A program made the position numbers and the translations under genes. The notes beneath the pieces were generated by a model that saw only the letters and a list, made by a program, of their open reading frames with translations, ran no database searches and was not told the DNA's origin. From NCBI GenBank assembly GCA_031316235.1, contig JALDRA010000001.1, forward strand, positions 1,020,001 to 1,052,000: DNA of 32,000 nucleotides, in the 5' to 3' direction. Source of the DNA: Candidatus Scalindua sp. GTDB taxonomy: Bacteria > Planctomycetota > Brocadiia > Brocadiales > Scalinduaceae. Below, one piece after another: positions 25,425 to 32,000 of the stretch (its first letter is position 1; every line of letters begins with the position of its first letter).

Positions 25425-26171
25425 TCAATGCTTCGCATTACTTGGTTTTGTCTGAAACAGTGGATCTTTCTCAATATACCCTTTCCACTTATTCTTATCC
25501 ACCGTCGGCAATACATCATCGATAGGATCGTGGTCTCTATGATCGTCAAGTTTAAAATATTTTTTAAAGTCCATGACTATAGGCTTGCCAGTCTCCTTGT
25601 CATTGCCAGCCTTTGGACACTTATTTTTATCATTTGCGTCTTCCCAATGACACTCCAGACACTGCTCTCTAATAGTGTCATATTTGTTAATACCAGCCAC
25701 AATCAGCCCGGCATCAAACTGTACCTTCCTCGCCATCATCGGGTCTTCTTTCAGAAGATTCTTAAAAGCATCTTTTCCCTTTTTGTTGTAATTCTTTTTT
25801 ACATCAACATATGCTTCCCCTGGACCGTGACACGCTTCACAGGTAACATTCTCCAGAAAATCACCATATTTGGATTTCCCTTTTTTAATCTTCATACCAT
25901 ACGCCGTTGCATGACACCTCAAACACTCTGGATTTGTCTTCTCTTCATCGGTCACCAACCTCTTATTAAATGTTTTCGAATGCAATCTCGCCTTATACTC
26001 TTCACCCTCAAAACACCCCTTCGACAAATGGCACTTACAGCCAGAATTACTCATATACTTGTATTTCTGCTTATCAGCCCCAAAACTTTGAGACCCCTGA
26101 AAAACAAAGACCGACGATACGACCACTACAGCAAAAACTATCAAAAACGCTCTCAAGCTGCGACTCAACAT
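25425..26171 (-). CDS. Trihaem cytochrome c (cytochrome c554-like multihaem family)
   Basis: 248 aa with signal/anchor MLSRSLRAFLIVFAVVVVSSVFVF. CxxCH motifs are CLRCH, CEACH and CLECH, plus an odd CKCH at 26028-26039. The antisense 301-aa ORF (25296-26201) is rejected. Confidence 0.85.
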   Translation of the reverse strand: MLSRSLRAFLIVFAVVVVSSVFVFQGSQSFGADKQKYKYMSNSGCKCHLSKGCFEGEEYKARLHSKTFNKRLVTDEEKTNPECLRCHATAYGMKIKKGKSKYGDFLENVTCEACHGPGEAYVDVKKNYNKKGKDAFKNLLKEDPMMARKVQFDAGLIVAGINKYDTIREQCLECHWEDANDKNKCPKAGNDKETGKPIVMDFKKYFKLDDHRDHDPIDDVLPTVDKNKWKGYIEKDPLFQTKPSNAKH

Positions 26172-26354
26172 GGTTCACCTAACTCCTTTCTCCGATTTTA
26201 ACTTAATAGACTTTCAATTAAAAACCACAAATATCCCAACAAACTGCAAAGACTCTACGACCGCACAACTACCTACAACCAATTGCTGATTCTTCTCACC
26301 ACCGGTAGCTTCACAAACAGAAGCCACCTCAAACAGCCCTACATAAACGTTGAA

Positions 26355-26383
26355 ATTTTATCAAGAGGAAAATATCATGTCAA
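26355..26383 (-). promoter_or_regulatory. Sigma70-type promoter for the trihaem/heptahaem/cyt b/regulator operon
   Basis: On the minus strand: TTGACA (26383-26378), 17 nt, TAAAAT (26360-26355). It lies about 180 nt upstream of the trihaem ATG, just after the accC stop and a T6 tract. Confidence 0.5.
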
Positions 26384-26433
26384 GAAAAAACTAAGCACCC
26401 CTCAGCCCGGAAACCCAGTCCATATCCATACTG

Positions 26434-27783
26434 TCACTCCTTCTCATTTAAGAGTTTTTCAACAAAAAGTGTGTCAATATCACCACTTAAAAACCGTGAA
26501 TCGGATATAATTTTCATATGAAGAGGTATTGTCGTCTTTACCCCCTCAATCTTATATTCACTTAACGCCCTTTTCATGCAGGCAATTGCCTCTTCTCTCG
26601 TTTTTTGAAAGACAATCAATTTACCTAAAAGCGAGTCGTAGTACGGAGGAATCTCATAACCTGAATAAATATGAGAATCCAACCGTACACCCAAACCACC
26701 CGGAGGGGAGCACATTGAAATCCTCCCAATTGATGGACGAAAATCGTTATCAGGATCTTCCGCATTAATTCTGCACTCAATTGAAACACCCTCTCTTTTC
26801 ACTTTTTTCTGTCGCAGATTAAGCCTCTCCCCATATGCAATCCTCAACTGCTCCTTTACAAGGTCAATACCTGTCACCATCTCTGTTACCGGATGCTCAA
26901 CCTGAAGCCGTGTGTTCATTTCAATAAAGTAGTAGTTCTCATCCCTATCTACCAGAAATTCAACAGTTCCGACACTTGCATATTTAACCGCTTTTGCCAG
27001 TCGTGTTGCCGCTTTACAGATTTCTTCACGTAATTGATTTGAAATATTCGGTGACGGAGCCTCTTCCAGGAGTTTCTGATGCCTCCTCTGGATGGTACAG
27101 TCCCGCTCTCCCAGATGCAGAACATTTCCATATTTGTCTGCGACGATCTGTACTTCAATATGCCGCGAATGCTCCACATATTTTTCCAAATAGATCGAAG
27201 AGTCCTTAAATGCAACCTCTGCCTCACGTTGTGCAATCGCAAACGAATTAACCAAACTGATATCATTATGAGCAACCCTCATCCCCCTTCCACCTCCCCC
27301 GAAAGAGGCCTTTAATAAAACGGGATAGCCCAACTCATGTGCAACTTCCACCGCGTGCTGCTGATTCCTTAATGCCGAATCGCTACCAGGGATAATGGGA
27401 ATCTTATTCTCACTTGCTATCTTCTTCGCTATAGTCTTATCACCCATTTTTTTCATGACATCCGAAGGTGGTCCAACAAAAACGATATTGGAAGATTCGC
27501 AAACTTCAGCAAAATGGCTATCTTCTGCTAAAAAACCGTACCCCGGATGGATAGCTTCTATATCCGTAATCTCAGCCGCGCTTATAATGCTTGGAATGTT
27601 CAAATAACTTTCCGTGGCATCAGCAGGGCCAACACAAACCTGAGCATCTGCAAATTTTAAATAGAGTGCTTTTTCATCAGCCTTAGAGCATATAGCAACC
27701 GTTTCAATACCCAATTCTTTACAGGCACGAATAATGCGCAATGCTATCTCACCTCTATTTGCAATTAAAATCCGCGAAAACAT
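26434..27783 (-). CDS. accC: Acetyl-CoA carboxylase, biotin carboxylase subunit
   Basis: 449 aa with MFSRILIANRGEIALRIIRACKELGI, GGGGRGMRV, and EMNTRLQVEHPVTE. Confidence 0.95.
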   Translation of the reverse strand: MFSRILIANRGEIALRIIRACKELGIETVAICSKADEKALYLKFADAQVCVGPADATESYLNIPSIISAAEITDIEAIHPGYGFLAEDSHFAEVCESSNIVFVGPPSDVMKKMGDKTIAKKIASENKIPIIPGSDSALRNQQHAVEVAHELGYPVLLKASFGGGGRGMRVAHNDISLVNSFAIAQREAEVAFKDSSIYLEKYVEHSRHIEVQIVADKYGNVLHLGERDCTIQRRHQKLLEEAPSPNISNQLREEICKAATRLAKAVKYASVGTVEFLVDRDENYYFIEMNTRLQVEHPVTEMVTGIDLVKEQLRIAYGERLNLRQKKVKREGVSIECRINAEDPDNDFRPSIGRISMCSPPGGLGVRLDSHIYSGYEIPPYYDSLLGKLIVFQKTREEAIACMKRALSEYKIEGVKTTIPLHMKIISDSRFLSGDIDTLFVEKLLNEKE

Positions 27784-28058
27784 TCTCCCCTTGCTTTCCT
27801 ATTTTTTACCCGTTCCACAGGAAGTCTACAAGACTCGCCCATTTATATTAGAATAAATAAGAGACCCCACAACACAAGAAATGATTACAAACAGGATTTG
27901 TTTGACAGACTGACATGAAAAGCAGAATGGAAAAAACCTATCACAAAGCATTACAACTTTAACCTGTTAACCTCTGCAATACAAGCGAAGTCCGCCTCAC
28001 ACCTAAATGGGCTGCATTACCAGGCACAAGGAGTCCTGCCTGGATACTCAGCATAAAC

Positions 28059-28514
28059 TCAACCATCCGCATGCAAATCAATAATAAAAAGCGGTTGCCC
28101 GAACTCAACAGCATCTCCATTTTCAACCAGAGTCTCGATAACTTTTCCCTTAGCCTCAGCCTTAATCTCATTCATAATCTTCATCGCTTCAATAATGCAA
28201 ACAACAGTTTCACCATCAACCATATCCCCTACTCCTACATACGGTTCCGCCCCCGGAGCGCTACTGTAATAGGTACCTACCATGGGAGCAACAATTTCTG
28301 AAAAACTGTCACTTTTTTTCGCAGGAAGATATTTTGTAGTCCCCTCCTGCAGTGGAACATGAAGAGCAGTAGACATATGAACGTTAGCAGGCGTGGAGTT
28401 TATATCACTTTTTTTAAGACGGATCTTCGTGGCTTCTTCCTCTATCTCAATCTCAGCAAGATTGTTCTCGTTCATCAAAGATATTAGATTTTCTACTTTT
28501 TCTATGAGGTCCAT
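28059..28514 (-). CDS. accB: Acetyl-CoA carboxylase, biotin carboxyl carrier protein
   Basis: 151 aa with a C-terminal biotinyl domain carrying EAMKIMNEI. AGGTGGGA lies upstream of the ATG. Confidence 0.9.
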   Translation of the reverse strand: MDLIEKVENLISLMNENNLAEIEIEEEATKIRLKKSDINSTPANVHMSTALHVPLQEGTTKYLPAKKSDSFSEIVAPMVGTYYSSAPGAEPYVGVGDMVDGETVVCIIEAMKIMNEIKAEAKGKVIETLVENGDAVEFGQPLFIIDLHADG

Positions 28515-28930
28515 TTTCCCACCTGCTATTTTAGTAATCCTTATTGTATTTGAGATTTAAGGTTGTGATGACGTTTCATGTGACAATGCTTAGAGGCCTA
28601 ACAAACTGATGCACGATTGCATCAATGGCAACATTTTAGCATTTACGTCAATCCTGTCAAGTCTAGAATCAAATTATTTCACCATTTGATAAAATGTTTT
28701 TTTGCTGTGGGAATGGTGTGTACTTTACTATTTTTGTAAAAATTTAATCTGTCGGGTGCTTATGCAGAAACCCTATAACTGAACAAAAACCACCCAGACA
28801 GAAGTCTCGTAATAATTTATACCCGGAGCATAGTAATGTACCCGAGGATTACTGAATCTATTACAGCTGCGCAGCGGATGGGCCTCCTCCTTCAACTACT
28901 ATGAGAAATCCACCACAGAAAAAGCCCTTT

Positions 28931-29503
28931 TTACGACTCAGAATTGAAAAGTAGAGACTTGTCACGAATCAGCATAAACGCTTTGCTGACTGCCTCTTTA
29001 GCATTTGTACATTGTATCACACTCTTACCATAGTCCTTTGGACACTGGTACTGTTGCCCTGAAGAAATCTTGTCAGAATATCGCTGATGTGCCAACTCAT
29101 TTAAATCCCAGGTACCAATACCAATTATGGGTTTCTCTTTCATGAGTGCAAAACTAATTTCAGAAAGCGTACCCAGACTTCCGCTTATAGCGATTACGGC
29201 ATCTCCGGAATAAGCAACTAAAACATTTCTTGCATGCCCCAGCCCTGTTGGCAAGGAAATATCTATATAAGGATTTGCGCTATCAGGATTTTCTCCCGGC
29301 ACCAAACCAACCGTTATGCCACCCCCATCTTTGGCACCTTTTGCTGCTGCCAGCATAACACCGCCCAATCCGCCACATACCAACACAGCGCCTCGCAGTG
29401 CAATTTCCCTCCCCACCTCTTTTGCAATTCCCAGCACCTCTTCATCCAAATCCCCCTCATGGCTGCCACTACCAATGACCGATATACAGATTTTTCTGGT
29501 CAT
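28931..29503 (-). CDS. LOG / TIGR00725-family Rossmann-fold protein (lysine-decarboxylase-like)
   Basis: 190 aa with VCGGLGGVMLAAAKGA and AISGSLGTLSEI, which correspond to the GGGxGxM and PGGxGTxxE boxes of the family. Confidence 0.7.
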   Translation of the reverse strand: MTRKICISVIGSGSHEGDLDEEVLGIAKEVGREIALRGAVLVCGGLGGVMLAAAKGAKDGGGITVGLVPGENPDSANPYIDISLPTGLGHARNVLVAYSGDAVIAISGSLGTLSEISFALMKEKPIIGIGTWDLNELAHQRYSDKISSGQQYQCPKDYGKSVIQCTNAKEAVSKAFMLIRDKSLLFNSES

Positions 29504-29558
29504 ACACTCTCTTTTCTTATACGGACAAACAATTCAGCCAGTGTCGAAACGGAAACTA

Positions 29559-29741
29559 TCAGCTTTTTCCACCTTCAACCAAATCAGTAAGCTCTATAAA
29601 ATCAAGACATGTAAGGACTTCGAGGCCAAACAGAATACTCACATTATTTTCCTTAAGCACTTTTGCAAGTTTGGCGGCTTCCTTTTTTGTCAAACCAATG
29701 GTTACGTCAGGCAGCAACCTCCTCTTGTTTATCACCTGCAT
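29559..29741 (-). CDS. Hypothetical small protein
   Basis: 60 aa with a good SD (AAGGGGGAGAA) directly upstream of the ATG. It fits tightly between the ALDH and the LOG-like gene. I recognise no motif. Confidence 0.45.
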   Translation of the reverse strand: MQVINKRRLLPDVTIGLTKKEAAKLAKVLKENNVSILFGLEVLTCLDFIELTDLVEGGKS

Positions 29742-29774
29742 TTCTCCCCCTTATAAGTAAACTGCCACATTTCT

Positions 29775-31238
29775 TTATGTGCCAAGATTTATCCAGACAC
29801 TTTTCACCTGTGTATACAACTCGAGCGAATGCATCCCCAATTCTCTACCAAAACCACTCTGCTTGTATCCACCAAAGGGTGAAGCAGCATCAAACATATT
29901 ATACGTATTCACCCATATGGTACCGGCCTTTAACTCTCTTGCAAGTCTGTGAGCTTTGCTTATATCTCGAGTCCATACTGCTGCAGCCAAACCATAAGGA
30001 GATGCATTGCCCTGCTGTACCACCTCATCCATATCATCAAAGGTTATAGCAGACACAACGGGACCAAAGATCTCTTCTTTTGCAATCTTCATGGTGTTAT
30101 CTACCTCATCAAATATTGTAGGCTTAACGAAATACCCTGTCTTACCACACCTTTCGCCACCTGCTACAACCTTCGCGCCCTCTTTTTTCCCACTTTCAAT
30201 ATAGTGTAAGATCTTCTCAAATTGCTCTTTTGATACCTGTGCACCCATTTGAGTATCAGGGTCTTCCGGATCTCCAACACATAAACGGTTAGCCCTGTCA
30301 GTCAACTTTTCCAAAAATTCGTCATGAATCTTCTTCTCAAGGAACAAGCGAGAACCGGCGCAACACACCTCCCCCTGATTAAAAAAGATACCAGTCATAG
30401 CACCATTCACTGCGCTGTCAATATCAGAATCTGCAAACACGATATTAGGAGATTTCCCTCCCAGCTCCAACGATATACGTTTTAAATTACCCGCTGCAGC
30501 CTTCATGACAAGACGCCCTGTTGTATGTTCCCCCGTAAAGGCAACCTTGTCAACATCCATATGTTCAGCGAGTGCCGCCCCTGCTGTCGGACCGTAACCA
30601 GGGACAATATTCAGCACCCCATCCGGCAAACCCGCTTCCTGGCAAATTTCACCAAGCTTTAATGCCGACAATGGTGTCTGTTCCGCAGGTTTCAGGACAA
30701 TCGTATTACCACAGGCTATTGCAGGTGCAATCTTCCATACCGCCATTAATAACGGAAAATTCCATGGTATTATCTGCCCAACAACCCCCACCGGCTCCCT
30801 GATAGTATAGTTAAAAAACTCTCCTCTTACGGGAATAGTTTCACCATGAATCTTGTCTGCCCACCCTGCATAATAGAGCAAGCAGTCAATTGCGAGTGGA
30901 AGATCTACGTTTGTTGTTTCACTTATCGGCTTCCCATTATCCAAGGTGTCTAACCAGGCGAGCTCATCTCTGTTTTTCTCAACCAGTTCCATTATCTTCA
31001 ATAACATCAAGCCCCTGTCCCGAGCATCAATCTTTCGCCATGGCCCATTTTCAAATGCTTTGCGAGCAGCTGCCACGGCAAGGTCTATATCCTCCTTATC
31101 TCCCTCCGCTACCGTCGTAATCTCCTCTTCAGTTGCTGGATTTATGGTACGAAAAAGTTTTCCTGAAACAGAATCAACCCATTTTCCGCCTATCAGCAAC
31201 TTTTTCGATTTTATCTCTCTTTCCTTTTTTTTAATCAT
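29775..31238 (-). CDS. NAD(P)-dependent aldehyde dehydrogenase
   Basis: Motifs [11 protein letters not shown], catalytic [13 protein letters not shown], and EEIFGPV. The start is corrected to ATG 31238, with GGAG 8 nt upstream. The 30 extra N-terminal codons of the listed ORF are a translation of repeat copy G. Confidence 0.9.
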   Translation of the reverse strand: MIKKKEREIKSKKLLIGGKWVDSVSGKLFRTINPATEEEITTVAEGDKEDIDLAVAAARKAFENGPWRKIDARDRGLMLLKIMELVEKNRDELAWLDTLDNGKPISETTNVDLPLAIDCLLYYAGWADKIHGETIPVRGEFFNYTIREPVGVVGQIIPWNFPLLMAVWKIAPAIACGNTIVLKPAEQTPLSALKLGEICQEAGLPDGVLNIVPGYGPTAGAALAEHMDVDKVAFTGEHTTGRLVMKAAAGNLKRISLELGGKSPNIVFADSDIDSAVNGAMTGIFFNQGEVCCAGSRLFLEKKIHDEFLEKLTDRANRLCVGDPEDPDTQMGAQVSKEQFEKILHYIESGKKEGAKVVAGGERCGKTGYFVKPTIFDEVDNTMKIAKEEIFGPVVSAITFDDMDEVVQQGNASPYGLAAAVWTRDISKAHRLARELKAGTIWVNTYNMFDAASPFGGYKQSGFGRELGMHSLELYTQVKSVWINLGT

Positions 31239-31260
31239 ACTGACAGCTCCATTTCCCTTG

Positions 31261-31401
31261 TATACTAAAATCGATCTGGTTTTCGGTTTTACCGGAAACC
31301 AGATCCTGGTGAAGGTATCCCCGGACAAAAAACTCTGAGGACTTTACTCGCTCAAATTTATCTCGGATTTTAACCGAAATCCAGTATGAGATGAGTTTAT
31401 A
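31261..31401 (+). repeat. Copy G of the structured repeat family (full length)
   Basis: TATACTAAAATCGATCTGGTTTTCGGTTTTACCGGAAACCAGATCCTGGTGAAGGTATCCCCGGACAAAAAACTCTGAGGACTTTACTCGCTCAAATTTATCTCGGATTTTAACCGAAATCCAGTATGAGATGAGTTTATA. It sits 7 nt from the greA stop. Confidence 0.85.
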
Positions 31402-31407
31402 CAATAT

Positions 31408-31878
31408 TCAATATTCAATCTTTAATACTTTATAACGCAACTTCCCCATAGGAACATCAACTTCCAGGACTTCATCTATTTTTCCTCCCAGTAATGCTTT
31501 TGCTACGGGAGAACTCACCAGAATTTTTCCGTTCTTTGGGTCATCATCACCTGCCCCGACCAATTGATAGTTTTCAATATCACCCGTCTCCAGGTCTTCA
31601 AGCTCAACTTTTGCTCCAAAACAGATTGTATCTTTGGGAATTTTGGAAGAATCTACAATCTCCGCTCTTGCAAGATCATCCTCAAGCTTTCGAATTTTTG
31701 CCTCAAGTAATCCTTGTGCTTCCCTTGCGGCATCATATTCTGCATTTTCACGAAGATCTCCATGTGCCCTCGCTTTTCCAATTGCAGACTGAACTTCCAT
31801 CCTTTTTTCAGTCTTTAAATAATCCAATTCTTTTTTCAGTTTCTCATAACTATCTTGTACCATATATACCTTTTCCAC
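31408..31878 (-). CDS. greA: Transcription elongation factor GreA
   Basis: 156 aa with an N-terminal coiled coil carrying HGDLRENAEYDAAREAQ, then a C-terminal globular domain. The start is GTG with GGAG 6 nt upstream. Confidence 0.9.
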   Translation of the reverse strand: MEKVYMVQDSYEKLKKELDYLKTEKRMEVQSAIGKARAHGDLRENAEYDAAREAQGLLEAKIRKLEDDLARAEIVDSSKIPKDTICFGAKVELEDLETGDIENYQLVGAGDDDPKNGKILVSSPVAKALLGGKIDEVLEVDVPMGKLRYKVLKIEY

Positions 31879-32000
31879 AACGAACTCCTCTCTAAAAACA
31901 TATTAACCAATTGCGCTTCTCAATTAAGACTGAAAAATCAGGAGACGACAACTAACCGACAATGCAGTACCAAAATCTCCACCAAACCATTTACCGAATC

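Noticed and set aside
25296-26201. 301-aa plus-strand ORF, the longest plus-strand ORF in the right half
   Set aside because: It is antisense to the trihaem cytochrome c gene. It has low-complexity I/F/L/T-rich composition, no SD and no motifs. The minus-strand frame has a signal peptide and three CxxCH.
27784-28058. Unusually long (275 bp) spacer between accB and accC
   Set aside because: I found only a weak 7-bp hairpin (CCAGGCA...TGCCTGG). There is no repeat copy, ORF or clear promoter or terminator, so there is not enough signal to claim a feature.
31239-31328. 30-codon N-terminal extension of the aldehyde dehydrogenase ORF
   Set aside because: The extension is encoded by repeat copy G. 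A proper GGAG-N8-ATG start exists at 31238, and the ALDH homology begins there.
590-31401. Whether the recurring ~140-bp repeats are a CRISPR array
   Set aside because: The spacing is irregular (0.6 to about 19 kb). Copies occur in both orientations, are 57-141 bp long with internal deletions, and lie between ordinary genes. No cas genes are present.

Overview
This is a chromosomal segment from an anammox planctomycete (Brocadiales type). Spot counts of 60-nt lines give about 35-48% G+C for most of it.

- **Left third (1-7.4 kb):** the 3' part of fabG, a muconolactone-isomerase-like gene, and an RNA-chaperone neighbourhood (two RRM RNA-binding proteins, a DEAD-box helicase, a CspA-like protein). 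Small non-coding repeats are dense here. One is a textbook MITE with 18-bp inverted ends and a 9-bp target duplication. The other is a 7-copy, roughly 110-140 bp structured repeat family.
- **7.8-11.6 kb:** a G+C-richer respiratory module (octahaem HAO-like, Rieske, cytochrome b fused to a dihaem cytochrome c). Its reading frames are broken mostly at G/C homopolymers.
- **12.1-14.2 kb:** trpBA.
- **Core (14.3-26.2 kb, all minus strand):** an octahaem HAO-like gene, hzsA, hzsC and hzsB (hydrazine synthase alpha, gamma, beta), a secreted Cys-rich protein, a sigma54 enhancer-binding response regulator, a cytochrome-b-like membrane protein, a heptahaem cytochrome c and a trihaem cytochrome c. This is the hydrazine-forming machinery of anaerobic ammonium oxidation with its presumed quinol-linked electron-transfer module. 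A near-consensus sigma54 -24/-12 promoter lies between the regulator and the Cys-rich/hzsBCA genes.
- **Right end:** accC, accB, a LOG/TIGR00725-like protein, an aldehyde dehydrogenase and greA.

I saw no rRNA, tRNA or CRISPR array. All functional calls rest on motifs read from the translations plus remembered family knowledge; no database search was possible.
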